Shown here one piece after another: positions 1 through 12,468 of a stretch of DNA of 64,000 nucleotides. Origin of the DNA: Chthoniobacteraceae bacterium (GTDB taxonomy: Bacteria > Verrucomicrobiota > Verrucomicrobiia > Chthoniobacterales > Chthoniobacteraceae). The notes below the pieces were generated by a model that ran no database searches, was not told the DNA's origin, and worked only from the letters and a program-made list of their open reading frames with translations. Where the stretch lies: NCBI GenBank assembly GCA_031409655.1, contig JANNXQ010000235.1, forward strand, positions 26,025 to 90,024, read 5' to 3'. The position numbers and the translations under genes were made by a program. How positions within the stretch are numbered: the stretch's first letter is position 1; the number at the start of each line of letters is the position of its first letter.

Positions 1-1
1 T

Positions 2-2461
2 TTGCTGAACAACGTCGTTTTGCCGAGTGCTACCGGCCAGACGCCGAGAGTCTCCATTACGAGCGTCAGTGACACCAGTCCGTGTGTGGTCAATACTGCG
101 ACCGTTCATGGCTTGAAAGTCGGTGATACCGTGAAAGTCGCGAACGTCACTGGTGGAACTTTCAGCGCTTCGATTAACGCGAGCCATGTTGTCACCGAAA
201 TTGTCGATGCCGATTCATTTAAGGTCGCGGTCAACTGCTCGGTGATCCCAACCAGCTACACCAATGCAGCGGTGACCGGAGCTACCGTGGTCGGGACAGC
301 TTATACGACTGCCGGCATCACGCCGATCCCCGGATCGCAGTCCGACAGCGCTGGCACGACGATCCCGCATCCTTACGATCGGTTTGGTCTCACTGAACTC
401 GCCAAGTCCCACGACAACATCGTGGCGAATGACAGTGTTCCTCCTTATATCTGCAAACAACTCATCCAGCGCTTGGTGACGAGCAATCCGAGCCCTGCCT
501 ACCTCTACCGCGTGGTTCAGAAGTTCCGGAACAATGGGTCCGGGGTGCGTGGAGACCTGGCAGCGGTTGTCACCCAGATCCTCCTGGATGGAGAAGCCCG
601 TAATTCAGCAGCCGCGCAAGCATCCACGACTTACGGCAAACAGCGCGAGCCGCTCTTACGCGTCACCGGTCCAGCGCGCGGCTTTCCTGCCACACCCTAC
701 ACTGGCACCTATACCCAGCTATCTGGGATTGATGCGAACAAGTTCCGGATCGTGACCTCGACGCCGAACGACTTCAGCGCCGGATTCACCGTCAGTCTGG
801 ATTTCAAAGGAAACTACGTTCCCGCAAACCAATCACTGTCTCCCTATAACAATCCGACGAGCACCGCCTACGCCATCGCCTCGACTTTGGGAATTGCCGG
901 TGTCGCGATCGGAGACCCTGCAACCGTCACGACCGTGGCCGATCACGGTTTGGCAACGGGCGACTCCGTCACCATCGCCAGCGTCAGTGGCGGCACGACC
1001 GCTCCATCGATCAATGCCACCTACCTGGTGACCGTGACCGGCCCGAATACCTTCACGGTTCCGGTCAATTGTTCAGCTCCGACGACCGCGAATACCGGAA
1101 ATATCGTCGGCTCGAGTACGCTGACTGTGAATGCGACTGGGATCCAGACCGCGACCTACACCCAGGCGGCGGGAAGCAATATCCTGACGGTCAATACGGC
1201 AGGACCGCCAACCAACTCGACGGTTCTTGGGGCCGGTGCCACCTCCGCCTTCACGGCCGTTGCCCAAGTCAGCAACCCGTGCATCCTCACGGCGACTGGG
1301 CATGGCCTTTTGACCGGGCAGAATGTTCTCATCAGTGGCATCACGGATGGTACATTTAGCCCGACCATCAATGCCAACCTGATGGTGACCGTCATCGACG
1401 CGGATACCTTCACCGTGCCAGTGTCCTGCACCGCAGCGCCGGCAATGCTCGGCAGTTTTAGGCGGACCGCCAAGAGTCGGGTGTATATCGCGTTTCTTAC
1501 TCAGACCAGTGTTGGTGGTGCCGCGATTGCCGCGGATGGCATCTACGATGTGCAAACAAACGGCAGCAACCTCTTCAACGTCACGACTGCGGACACGCCG
1601 GTCACGGCCCGAGGAGGTAACGTCATGATGCCGAAAATTGCGGCCAGTTACTCCGTCGAAAATTCGACGCTGGTTCGCTTCAACACCAATGTGAACCACA
1701 ATCTGCAAGTCGGGCAGCACGTCTGGGTGGATACGCCCGTTCAGGGCGGGGCACCCGTGGATGGTCAATTTGCAGTCAGTGTGCTCACCGACGAAGACCA
1801 CTTCAAGGTTCCTTATCCGCCGCTCTATCCAGCACCGAATGGCGCTTACTCGAATCCGAGCGGCAGCCAAAACGGCGTGACCATCTGGCCCTTGGTACCG
1901 CCGCCCACCGGGCGCTCTGGTGCCGTGAAAGTGAACCATGCAACCTTCGTCTGTAACGGCACGAACGGATCACTTTCGCAGACCCCCTTCAATGCGCCGA
2001 CGGTCTTCAATTTCTTCTTCCCCGACTACAAGTACCCCGGGTCGCTCGCCAACAACAACCTCAACTCTCCTGAGTTCCAACTTAGCACCGATACGGACAT
2101 CGTGAACTTGACGAATAGTCTCACGAACATGTTCATCGGCACCGGCGGCGGGAACAGCAACTTGAACGGCTTGAGCAGTTACAACAACGGCGGCGGTGCC
2201 ATCGTCTTTGATATCGGGGAATTCATGACCGCGGCGAGAACCTCGAACGCTGGAATTCCGACGCTCATTGACGATCTTGCCAATCGGCTGGTCGGTGCTC
2301 CTCTCAACGCTGCGACGAAGACGGCGATTCAGGCCCTCGTCGCAAATACGGCCAACTTCCCTTACACCACGCCCACTCCCACCAATCTGCAAATGCGGGA
2401 CCGCGTCCGCGCCATCATCCATCAGATCACCGTCTCCGCCGAGTACGCAGTCCAGAAATAA
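2..2461 (+). CDS. DUF1800 family protein, 5'-truncated by the window edge, with inserted beta-rich repeat domains
   Basis: DUF1800-type segments ([72 protein letters not shown]). Directly upstream of a DUF1501 gene. Confidence 0.85.
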   Translation: MLNNVVLPSATGQTPRVSITSVSDTSPCVVNTATVHGLKVGDTVKVANVTGGTFSASINASHVVTEIVDADSFKVAVNCSVIPTSYTNAAVTGATVVGTAYTTAGITPIPGSQSDSAGTTIPHPYDRFGLTELAKSHDNIVANDSVPPYICKQLIQRLVTSNPSPAYLYRVVQKFRNNGSGVRGDLAAVVTQILLDGEARNSAAAQASTTYGKQREPLLRVTGPARGFPATPYTGTYTQLSGIDANKFRIVTSTPNDFSAGFTVSLDFKGNYVPANQSLSPYNNPTSTAYAIASTLGIAGVAIGDPATVTTVADHGLATGDSVTIASVSGGTTAPSINATYLVTVTGPNTFTVPVNCSAPTTANTGNIVGSSTLTVNATGIQTATYTQAAGSNILTVNTAGPPTNSTVLGAGATSAFTAVAQVSNPCILTATGHGLLTGQNVLISGITDGTFSPTINANLMVTVIDADTFTVPVSCTAAPAMLGSFRRTAKSRVYIAFLTQTSVGGAAIAADGIYDVQTNGSNLFNVTTADTPVTARGGNVMMPKIAASYSVENSTLVRFNTNVNHNLQVGQHVWVDTPVQGGAPVDGQFAVSVLTDEDHFKVPYPPLYPAPNGAYSNPSGSQNGVTIWPLVPPPTGRSGAVKVNHATFVCNGTNGSLSQTPFNAPTVFNFFFPDYKYPGSLANNNLNSPEFQLSTDTDIVNLTNSLTNMFIGTGGGNSNLNGLSSYNNGGGAIVFDIGEFMTAARTSNAGIPTLIDDLANRLVGAPLNAATKTAIQALVANTANFPYTTPTPTNLQMRDRVRAIIHQITVSAEYAVQK

Positions 2462-2469
2462 CCCATCGT

Positions 2470-4083
2470 ATGAAACACGAAAAATTCTTTACCTCCGCGA
2501 CGCGTCGCGACTTTGTCCGGCAATCCGCATGTGCCGCACTCGGCACGGCAGCGTTGAGAAACTGCCTCCGGGATATGCACTTCATCACTTCTGCGGTCGC
2601 CCAAGGGCCGTTCAGTGATTACAAGGCGCTGATCTGTCTTTTCATGGCGGGAGGCAACGATGCGAATAACATGATCATTCCGACCATCCCGTCGGAATAC
2701 ACGAACTACGCCAACTACCGGACGCCGGTGCTTGCGATTCCGAACGCGAACGGTAGTGATCCAGCGCGAGCCTTGGCGCTCAGCTCACTCAATAGTGACG
2801 GGCATACCTATGGCCTCAATCCGGCAATGTTTGAACTGGCGAACATGTTTAACCAGACGGCGGGCTACACGGGTCTCGGAAAGGTGGCGCTCCAGTTGAA
2901 CATGGGGAGCTTGGTCTTCCCTATAACCAAAGCCCAATACACCTCCAACACCGTGAAGAAGCCGCCGCAGCTCTTCTCGCATAGCGATCAGGTGACGCAG
3001 TGGCAGACCTCGATCCCCGATCTCCCGCCATCGACAGGCTGGGGTGGGCGGATGGCGGATTTCCTGCACAGCTACAATCCGCAGACCGTCGCGCCGGCGG
3101 TTGATAAGCTCGCGACCTGTATCACTATTGCTGGGGCCAATACTTTCGAGATTGGCGCTAGCGTGCAGCAGTATTCGGTCGGGACGGGCGGTATCATTGC
3201 GCTCACAAATCCGAGCAACCCATCCACGGCGGTCACTGCTCGCCAGAACACGCTCAATTCGATTCTCGGTATCCAGAAGAATCAGGCGAACTTGTTCACC
3301 CAAAATTATGCGGGAGCTTTGGACCACTCTGTGGCTACGGGGGGAGCTTTGAGTGCCGCGATCACCGGAACGCAGATGCCGACCTATTGGACGACCGCGT
3401 CAAACTGGAGCAAGACGGCCACCATCGACCAAGTGGTGACGCCGAACGCCGGATCGACCTTTGGCTCGGGCCTCATGGCGCAATTGCGCATGGTCGCCAA
3501 AATCATCGAGGCTGGATACCGGAGCAATGGGACTGGCTTGGGAATGAAGAGGCAGGTCTTTTTCGTCCAAGTGGGCGGTTACGACACCCACACCAATCAG
3601 ACCAATGCCGCTGGCACGAATGTCACTCCGACCCCGGCCAACGTCATCCTCGGCTCCCAAGCGAACCTTCTCGCCGAGATCAGCCAGTGTCTCCACTCGT
3701 TCCAGAAGGCGATGGCCGCCATCGGCACGCAATACGCAGACCCGAATTTCATCAATCGCGTCACGACCTTCACGGCCAGTGACTTTGGTCGCACTTTCCC
3801 CTGCAATGGCCTGGGTAGCGATCACGGTTGGGGCACGCATACGATCGTCGTCGGGGGGGCCGTGAATGGTCAGAGGACCTATGGGAAGTTCCCCACTTTG
3901 ACCGTTGGCGGTCCGGACGATACGAGCACTGGCCGCTGGATTCCGACGACCGCCGTGGATCAATACGCTGCAACCTTGGCGAAATGGTTTGGCGTCAGTA
4001 GCACGAACATCACCACCGTTTTCCCGAATCTGACGCGGTTTTCCGGGAACTATGCTGGCGGGTATCAGGGTTTCATGACTTGA
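2470..4083 (+). CDS. DUF1501 family protein with Tat signal
   Basis: TRRDFV Tat motif; [41 protein letters not shown] motifs; paired with DUF1800. Confidence 0.9.
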   Translation: MKHEKFFTSATRRDFVRQSACAALGTAALRNCLRDMHFITSAVAQGPFSDYKALICLFMAGGNDANNMIIPTIPSEYTNYANYRTPVLAIPNANGSDPARALALSSLNSDGHTYGLNPAMFELANMFNQTAGYTGLGKVALQLNMGSLVFPITKAQYTSNTVKKPPQLFSHSDQVTQWQTSIPDLPPSTGWGGRMADFLHSYNPQTVAPAVDKLATCITIAGANTFEIGASVQQYSVGTGGIIALTNPSNPSTAVTARQNTLNSILGIQKNQANLFTQNYAGALDHSVATGGALSAAITGTQMPTYWTTASNWSKTATIDQVVTPNAGSTFGSGLMAQLRMVAKIIEAGYRSNGTGLGMKRQVFFVQVGGYDTHTNQTNAAGTNVTPTPANVILGSQANLLAEISQCLHSFQKAMAAIGTQYADPNFINRVTTFTASDFGRTFPCNGLGSDHGWGTHTIVVGGAVNGQRTYGKFPTLTVGGPDDTSTGRWIPTTAVDQYAATLAKWFGVSSTNITTVFPNLTRFSGNYAGGYQGFMT

Positions 4084-4116
4084 CGCGAGGTCTGCCTAGC
4101 AGAGCGTAGGCACCCC

Positions 4117-4782
4117 ATGAAAATGCGTGTTCTCGGAGGTGCCAGCGTGATCGTCATCCTGGCGGTGCTTGGGTGGGTGGTCCTCCGTTCCGACAGGCAG
4201 CCTCTCGGTGATGGTGCGTCCTCTCCACCGGAGCGCCCTATCTCTGGAGCGATCCTGGATGAACCAGCGCCCACGGTGCCCGCTTCTGCGCAACCACCGA
4301 TTTCTCAGCCGCCGGAAAACCCGGTGAATTCGCCGCGAGCGCTGGCAGTCGTCCCTGCAACGTCCTCGGGGTCGCCCCTTCCTGGCGCGCAAGCACCCGG
4401 TGCCCTCGCTTCTCCTCCGCTGGCCGCCCCCCCCGCGATGACCGCGAGGCCCTCTCCGGCAGCTCCCGCCGCGGGCGAGGTCAATGTGGAACTGATCGCC
4501 GCGGACCTCGACAAACTTTCATTGAGTATGCGCGACTATCGAACGTTGATGGCGCAGAATCCGGTCGGGACGAATGAGGAAATCACGGCTGCATTGACTG
4601 GGGGCAATCCGAAAGGCGCTCGTCTTGCGCCGGACGACAGCACCGTGAACGGCGAGGGCAAGTTGGTGGATCGTTGGGGAACACCGTATTTTTTCCACCA
4701 GATGTCGGCTACGTCCATGGAGATCCATTCCGCTGGTCCGGATAAGGCAATGGGCACCGAGGACGATATCATCCAACGCTAA
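4117..4782 (+). CDS. Membrane-anchored protein with Pro-rich linker and C-terminal GspG/T2SSG-like domain
   Basis: N-terminal TM helix, Pro/Ala linker, C-terminal DRWGTPY...IHSAGPD...GTEDDI resembling the pseudopilin GspG C-terminus. Confidence 0.6.
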   Translation: MKMRVLGGASVIVILAVLGWVVLRSDRQPLGDGASSPPERPISGAILDEPAPTVPASAQPPISQPPENPVNSPRALAVVPATSSGSPLPGAQAPGALASPPLAAPPAMTARPSPAAPAAGEVNVELIAADLDKLSLSMRDYRTLMAQNPVGTNEEITAALTGGNPKGARLAPDDSTVNGEGKLVDRWGTPYFFHQMSATSMEIHSAGPDKAMGTEDDIIQR

Positions 4783-4924
4783 CGAGCAACCCCAAGCGGT
4801 TCGCTGCGCGAAAGGGTAAGGTTCCTGTCGGCGGATGTTGTTTGGGTAAGCGATCTAGGGCGAGTTGGAGCCGAATCCAAGGGCGGAGTTGCCACCAAGC
4901 ACCTGCTTTCTCAATAGTGTGCCA

Positions 4925-6067
4925 ATGAGTCCGTCATCTGATCCCTTCCGCGAAGCGCGTCAAAAAGACGGCGTTTTAAAGTGCGAGTTCCAGGGTGAGA
5001 ACTTGCCGATGATTTTGCGACATGAGGAGGTGCGGCGGGCGGCGAAAGATTGGAAGACTTTCAGTTCGGATGCGCCGTTCCGGGTGCCGATTCCTTCGGA
5101 GGAGGATGTGCGGTCTATGCGGCAGCTCCCGATCGAGACGGATCCGCCGGACCACTCCGACTACCGAGCGATTGTGGAACCTTTCTTCCAGCGGGCGAAA
5201 GATCCTGCGGTGGTCGCGCAAGTCGAGGCGCTCATTGATGCGCTGCTCGACGATGCGCTGGGTCGCGATTCGATCGAGGTGGTCCAAGGATTTGCGCTCC
5301 CCCTGCAGTCCCGCGCGCTCACGCTGCTCCTGAATGTGCCGGCTTCTGAGGCCGAGATGTGGATCGGCTGGGGAATTCACGTTTTCAAAGTGACCGGCGG
5401 GGCATTTAAGAAGGGCACGGTGCTCGAGGATTATTTGCACGCGCAGTTCGACCGGGCGGAGGCTCAGCTCGGCCCGGATTTTTTCAGCGCGCTCGTTCAT
5501 GCTGAGTTCCGAGGGCGGCGGTTGACGCGGAACGAGATGATGGGGTTTGCGAACCTCGCCTTCGCGGGCGGGCGCGACACCATCATCCACTCCGTGTCTT
5601 GCGTGCTCGCGCATCTCGGTGCGCATCCTGAGGCGCTGGAGTTTCTCCGCGCGGACCCGAAACGCATCACGCTCGCGAGCGAAGAGCTTTTCCGCGTCTT
5701 CATGCCGCTCACGCACATCGGCCGAGTCTGCCCCGTCGAGACGGAAGTACAGGGCGTGACGGTGCCGCCGAAAGGCCGCGTGTCACTCTGCTGGGCATCC
5801 GCCAATCGGGATGAGGCGGCCTTTGAGTCGCCCGATGAGGTGCGCCTCGATCGCAAACCGAATCCGCACCTCTCCTTCGGCTTCGGCACGCACCTCTGTC
5901 TTGGTGCTCCTCATGCGCGGTTATTGATCCGCACTTTGCTCCAGAAATGTTGTGCGCGAGTCGGCCGGATCACGGTGCTCGAAGCGGAGGAGCGCGTGGA
6001 AAAGGAAGCCGCTTTCGAGCGGGCGCTCGGTTACGAGTCCCTGACGGTGAAGCTGACGGCGATCTAG
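4925..6067 (+). CDS. Cytochrome P450
   Basis: DPPDH, I-helix AGGRDT, EELFR (ExxR) and heme motif FGFGTHLCLG. ATG at 4925 preferred over TTG at 4865. Confidence 0.95.
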   Translation: MSPSSDPFREARQKDGVLKCEFQGENLPMILRHEEVRRAAKDWKTFSSDAPFRVPIPSEEDVRSMRQLPIETDPPDHSDYRAIVEPFFQRAKDPAVVAQVEALIDALLDDALGRDSIEVVQGFALPLQSRALTLLLNVPASEAEMWIGWGIHVFKVTGGAFKKGTVLEDYLHAQFDRAEAQLGPDFFSALVHAEFRGRRLTRNEMMGFANLAFAGGRDTIIHSVSCVLAHLGAHPEALEFLRADPKRITLASEELFRVFMPLTHIGRVCPVETEVQGVTVPPKGRVSLCWASANRDEAAFESPDEVRLDRKPNPHLSFGFGTHLCLGAPHARLLIRTLLQKCCARVGRITVLEAEERVEKEAAFERALGYESLTVKLTAI

Positions 6068-6131
6068 CTGCGAAGCCGGGCTTCGTCAAAAACGCGGCTT
6101 CTTCGCACTACGAATTTCTTCAACCCTGTGG

Positions 6132-7475
6132 TCAGTGGTTGTAGGCGCTTTCGCCGTGTTCGCTGACGTCGAGGCCGGCGTGTTCGGCTTCGGGTTCGAC
6201 GCGGAGGCCGATGGTGGCGCTGATGATTTTCAGCAGGAGGTAAGTGACGATTGCGGCGAGGGCGGCGGTGAAGAGTACGGCGAGGAGCTGGTTCTTGAAT
6301 TGCCCGAAGCTGCCGGCGAGCGAGACGGTTTGCTCGCCGACTTTGAAGGTCGTGGCGATGGCGGGATTCACCTCGGCACTCGCGAGGAAGCCGACCATGA
6401 GCATGCCGACGACGCTGCCGACGCAGTGGATGCCGAAGACATCGAGCGAGTCGTCGTAGCGGAAGCGCGCCTTGAGTTTCGTGACGGCAAGGTAACAGGC
6501 CACGCCAGCGGCGAGGCCGATGCAGACGGCGCTGCCGACGGAGACGAAGCCGGAAGCGGGGGTGATGGTGGCGAGACCAGCGACCATGCCGGAGGCCGTG
6601 CCGAGCACGCTGGCTTTCCCTTTTCCCAGCCACTCCACGAGGGTCCAACTCAGCCCGCCCGCGGCGCCCGCAAAGTGGGTGGCGGCAAAGGCGCTGGTGG
6701 CCAGGGCCCCGCCATTGAGCGCGCTGCCGGCATTGAAGCCGAACCAGCCGACCCAGAGCAGCCCGGCACCGATGAGGGTCAGCACGACATTGTGCGGAGG
6801 CATGGGTTCGTGGGGAAAGCCGCGGCGCTTGCCGAGGACGAGCGCACAGACGAGCGCGGAGGCGCCGGAGCTGATGTGGACCACGGTGCCGCCGGCAAAA
6901 TCGAGCACGGGCAAATGACCGCCGAGCGCCCAATTGAAGTATCCACCTTTGCCCCAGACCATGTGCGCGAGCGGGCAGTAAACGAGCGGCAGCCAGAGCA
7001 CCATGAGCAGCACGAAGGCGCTGAATTTCATTCGCTCCGCAAAGGCGCCGGTGATGAGCGCGGGGGTGATGATGGCAAACATCATCTGGAAAAGCATGAA
7101 GGTCTGCGCGGGCACGGTGGCCGCGTAGTCGGGATTCGGCGCGGCGCCGACGCCTTTTAGAAAGAGGTGCTGGGTGAAGCTGCCGATGAAGGCATTCCCA
7201 TCGCCGAAGGCCAGGCTGTAGCCGACCACGAACCAGAGCACCGACATGAGCGACATGAGAAACATGCTCTGCATCATGGTCGCGAGGACGTTCTTTGAGC
7301 GCACGAGGCCACCGTAAAAGAGCGCGAGGCCGGGGCCGGTCATCATGAGCACGAGGGCGGAGCTCACGAGCAGCCAGGCATTGTCGCCGGTGTCGATCGC
7401 GGGAAGGGGAAGGTCACTGGCGGCACGGGCGATCGTGGCGGAAAAGAGGAAGAAGATTGCTGGGAGGAATTTCAT
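6132..7475 (-). CDS. amtB: Ammonium transporter (Amt), second copy
   Basis: FYGGLVR, FQMMFAIIT, AERM, DFAGGTVVH, GWFGFNAGS, DDSLDVFGIH. ATG at 7475 starts a signal peptide; the longer ORF runs through a repeat element. Confidence 0.95.
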   Translation of the reverse strand: MKFLPAIFFLFSATIARAASDLPLPAIDTGDNAWLLVSSALVLMMTGPGLALFYGGLVRSKNVLATMMQSMFLMSLMSVLWFVVGYSLAFGDGNAFIGSFTQHLFLKGVGAAPNPDYAATVPAQTFMLFQMMFAIITPALITGAFAERMKFSAFVLLMVLWLPLVYCPLAHMVWGKGGYFNWALGGHLPVLDFAGGTVVHISSGASALVCALVLGKRRGFPHEPMPPHNVVLTLIGAGLLWVGWFGFNAGSALNGGALATSAFAATHFAGAAGGLSWTLVEWLGKGKASVLGTASGMVAGLATITPASGFVSVGSAVCIGLAAGVACYLAVTKLKARFRYDDSLDVFGIHCVGSVVGMLMVGFLASAEVNPAIATTFKVGEQTVSLAGSFGQFKNQLLAVLFTAALAAIVTYLLLKIISATIGLRVEPEAEHAGLDVSEHGESAYNH

Positions 7476-7571
7476 GAGGTGGGGGTAGTGAGAGTGAGCA
7501 GACACCAGATGCGTCGGCGCGAGTAAAGCGCTTGTTTCCAGAGGCTCCCACGGTCCGCTGGTGGCAGAAGG

Positions 7572-7645
7572 TCGTTCTCGCTCTCGTCCTCGTCCTCGTC
7601 CTCGAACGACAGTCTTTCGAGGACGAGGACGATTACGAAGGACGA
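7572..7645. repeat. Hexamer-based inverted repeat ((CTCGTC)n ... (GACGAG)n), REP-like hairpin
   Basis: ctcgtcctcgtcctcgtcctcgaa, a short loop, then ttcgaggacgaggacga, in the glnK-amt spacer. Confidence 0.75.
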
Positions 7646-7677
7646 AATCGCCGCCGCGCACGAGCGCGCAAATTGCA

Positions 7678-7709
7678 AAGCCGGTGACCCCTTGCGGAGT
7701 CACCGGCTT
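7678..7709 (-). terminator. Probable intrinsic terminator or processing hairpin downstream of glnK
   Basis: Minus strand: aagccggtgactcc-GCAA-ggggtcaccggctt followed by tgcaattt. 14-bp stem (one G-U pair), GNRA loop, weak U tract. Confidence 0.6.
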
Positions 7710-7741
7710 GCGTTCCCTGTTTTAACCCTAAGCTGGTGCGG

Positions 7742-9657
<1,916 letters not shown>

Positions 9658-9792
9658 GGAATCGAGGATGATTTGGGTTTGATGGTGGTCTGACACTTGC
9701 ACTCCAGGCCGATGCGAAGGGCTCGATCACCGCGTTTGGCGATCGAATCCACCGCGCCGGAAGAAGCGCGCCTTGATGTCGGTCGCGCATTT

Positions 9793-9808
9793 AGCAACGG
9801 CTGTGCCA
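9793..9808 (-). promoter_or_regulatory. Sigma54 (-24/-12) promoter of the amt-glnK-amt operon
   Basis: Minus strand TGGCACAGCCGTTGCT is an exact TGGCAC-N5-TTGC match, about 135 bp upstream of the amt start. Confidence 0.85.
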
Positions 9809-10008
9809 GCCCGCTGCTTTCGCTGCTTTTACAGAGGAAAATAGCTGAAACCCGCTCGCCCAGAGGAGGCTCTGATGGGGCGCGAAGTGCAGACGAATGG
9901 GCAGGCTGGGCAAATCCAGCCACGGCCGCGATTGGGGGAAATCCAAACTCGAAGCCCCGAATTCCGCAGCGCCTCAGTTCCTTCGGAGATCGGAGCTTGG
10001 AACTTCCC

Positions 10009-10905
10009 TCAAGCCCGCGGATGCGCGTCGTTGTAAGCCCGTTTCAGCCGCTCCACCGTCACATGCGTGTAGATCTGCGTCGTCGAGAGGCTGGCGTGGC
10101 CGAGGAGAGATTGCACGCTGCGCAGGTCCGCGCCGGCGTCGAGTAAGTGGGTGGCAAAGCTGTGCCGGAGTTTGTGCGGACTGACCGAGATCGGGATGCT
10201 CGTCTCGCAGATGTAACGCTTGATCGTGAGCCAGACATTGGTCGCCGCCATGCGCTTGCGCACTTTGCTGAGAAAAAGCGGCCCCGCTTCCACGCGCGCC
10301 TGCTGGCGGTAATTCTGGATCGCCACGAGCGCCGGCGCACCCACCGGGACCACGCGCTCCTTCCGCCCTTTGCCGAGCACGCGCACGCTCTCGGTGAAGA
10401 CGTCGATGTCCTTCACATCCAGCGAGACGAGTTCCGCGAGGCGCAGTCCGCTGGAGTAGAAAAGTTCGAGGATCGCGGCGTCGCGCGCCGGCATCCACGT
10501 CGGAGCCTGGGCCTGCTTTTCCACGCGGAGGGGCGCGGTCAGCAGTTCATCGATCTGCTTCATGGTCAGGACCACGGGCAGCTTCTTATCGAGCTTTGGC
10601 AGGAGCACTTCCTTGAGCGGATTCACCAGCAAGCCGTGGCGCTCGGTGAGGAATTTGAAGAAGGTGCGGAACGCCGCGAAATGTAGCCGCTGCGTGGGTT
10701 TGGCCATCTTCGCCTTAGCGCATTCGAAGAGATAACGCCGGAAATGATCCGCCGTGAGATCGTGCCAGCCGGGCGTCGGCACCGCCGCGCGGAAGCGGGT
10801 CAAGGCGTGGCGGTAATTTACGATCGTGCGCGGCGAGGCATTGCGCTCGACCTCGAGCGCGCGGAAAAATTCCGCGGCGTAGCGATCACGAGTGGGCGTT
10901 TTCAA
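10009..10905 (-). CDS. xerC: XerC/XerD-type tyrosine recombinase
   Basis: SAM-like N-domain; catalytic R (SGLRLAEL), K (GKGRKER), HKLRH, LGH and TQIY; 298 aa. XerC versus XerD is not certain. Confidence 0.85.
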   Translation of the reverse strand: MKTPTRDRYAAEFFRALEVERNASPRTIVNYRHALTRFRAAVPTPGWHDLTADHFRRYLFECAKAKMAKPTQRLHFAAFRTFFKFLTERHGLLVNPLKEVLLPKLDKKLPVVLTMKQIDELLTAPLRVEKQAQAPTWMPARDAAILELFYSSGLRLAELVSLDVKDIDVFTESVRVLGKGRKERVVPVGAPALVAIQNYRQQARVEAGPLFLSKVRKRMAATNVWLTIKRYICETSIPISVSPHKLRHSFATHLLDAGADLRSVQSLLGHASLSTTQIYTHVTVERLKRAYNDAHPRA

Positions 10906-11003
10906 ATCCGCGCGAAGTTACTGGAGGCTCGGAGGCGGCACAACGCTGGGCGCTCCCAGCGGCGCTCTTTCAATTTTCGCCGCCGCTCCTAGATTGCGCC
11001 GCT

Positions 11004-12344
11004 GTGAACGACACCATCGCCGCCATCTCCACGCCTTTCGGCGAAGGCGCCATCGCCGTGCTGCGCCTCAGCGGCCCGCGCGCAGTGGAGATCGCGGACA
11101 CGGTGTTCCGTGCCAAAGTGCGCGCCGGCGATCTCCCCGCGCGCCGCCAGCAGTTCGGGGCGATCTTCGACGGCGACCAGAAGATCGACGACGTGCTGCT
11201 CACCGTCTTCCGCGCCCCGCATAGCTACACGGGCGAAGATGTCGTGGAGATCGGCGGCCACGGCGGCGTGCTTATCACGCGGCGAGTTCTCGAACTCCTC
11301 CTGCGCCACGAGGCGCGCGCGGCGAATCCGGGCGAATTCACCCAGCGCGCCTACTTGCACGGCAAGATGGACCTCACGCAGGCCGAAGCCGTCATGGACC
11401 TGATCAGCGCGCAGACGGATCTCGCCTTGCGCTCCGCCAGCGAGCAACTCGAAGGCCGCCTCGGCGAACGCATCCGCGCGCTCCGCGAGGCGATCCTCGA
11501 ACTCCTCGCCCACATCGAGGCCTACATCGATTTCCCCGACGAAGACATCGACCCCGACACCGGCGAAGCGCTGCGCCAGCGCCTGGACGCCGTGGGTGCC
11601 GACATCGCCGCGCTCCTCGCCACCGCGGGGCGGGGGAGAATCCTCCGCGAAGGCGTGCGCACCGTGATCTACGGCGCGCCGAACGTCGGCAAATCTTCGC
11701 TCCTCAATCTGCTGCTCGGCTACGAGCGCGCCATCGTGAGTGCGCGCCCTGGCACCACCCGCGACGTGATCGAGGAAGCGATCAACCTCCGCGGACTGCC
11801 CATCCGCCTCATTGACACCGCCGGCATCCGCGAGAGTGCGGACGAACTCGAACAAGCCGGCATCGAACGAACGCGCCGCCAGCTCGAGCGTGCTGACCTC
11901 GTGCTGCACGTCGTCGATGCCAGCACCGCGGCCTTGGAGTTTCCGTCGCCCATCGCGTCCGGCACCGCGAAGGTGTTGCTCATCCTAAACAAGACCGACC
12001 TCGGCGAACACCCCTCGTGGGCAAGCGCGGAAGGCGTCCGCATTTCCTGCCAGACGAATGCGGGCATCCCGGACTTGGAGGAAGCGATCGTCGAGTCCGT
12101 CGTGGGAGGACAGGCTGCGCACCGCGAGTGGGCTGTCGCGATCAATACCCGCCACCAAGCCTGCCTCGAAGCGGCGAAGAAATTCACCGAAGCCGCCCGC
12201 ACTGCGCTGGCCGACGGCCTCTCGCCGGAGTTCGTCGCCGAGGAATTGCGCGACGCGCTCGATGCCGTCGGCGACGTGGTCGGCCGCGTCGATTCCGAGG
12301 ATTTGCTGGGGAAAATCTTCAGCACCTTCTGCATCGGAAAATAG
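11004..12344 (+). CDS. mnmE: tRNA modification GTPase MnmE
   Basis: DTIAAISTP, SYTGED, GEFTQRA, GAPNVGKSS, PGTTRD, DTAG, NKTD, C-terminal FCIGK. Confidence 0.98.
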   Translation: MNDTIAAISTPFGEGAIAVLRLSGPRAVEIADTVFRAKVRAGDLPARRQQFGAIFDGDQKIDDVLLTVFRAPHSYTGEDVVEIGGHGGVLITRRVLELLLRHEARAANPGEFTQRAYLHGKMDLTQAEAVMDLISAQTDLALRSASEQLEGRLGERIRALREAILELLAHIEAYIDFPDEDIDPDTGEALRQRLDAVGADIAALLATAGRGRILREGVRTVIYGAPNVGKSSLLNLLLGYERAIVSARPGTTRDVIEEAINLRGLPIRLIDTAGIRESADELEQAGIERTRRQLERADLVLHVVDASTAALEFPSPIASGTAKVLLILNKTDLGEHPSWASAEGVRISCQTNAGIPDLEEAIVESVVGGQAAHREWAVAINTRHQACLEAAKKFTEAARTALADGLSPEFVAEELRDALDAVGDVVGRVDSEDLLGKIFSTFCIGK

Positions 12345-12468
12345 GAACGACGACCGCGCCCCGGGAGCGCCGCCGTCCGGTGCGGCATCGTAAAACTGCC
12401 GCGCGCGGCGCCCAATTTTACTCCGATGATTGCCGCTCAGCCCCGCGCGCGCGTAGGTTGCCCTGCAC

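Noticed and set aside
7476..7703. 76-aa N-terminal extension of the distal Amt
   Set aside because: It reads through the hairpin and the hexamer repeat (RGRGRGRERER); the ATG at 7475 gives a normal signal peptide.
9887..9911. NtrC enhancer upstream of the sigma54 promoter
   Set aside because: GTGCAGACGAATGGGCA only loosely resembles TGCACC-N5-GGTGCA; too weak to call.
10009..10905. Integrase of a prophage or genomic island
   Set aside because: Size and motifs fit a housekeeping Xer recombinase, the neighbours are core genes, and I saw no att repeats, tRNA or phage genes.
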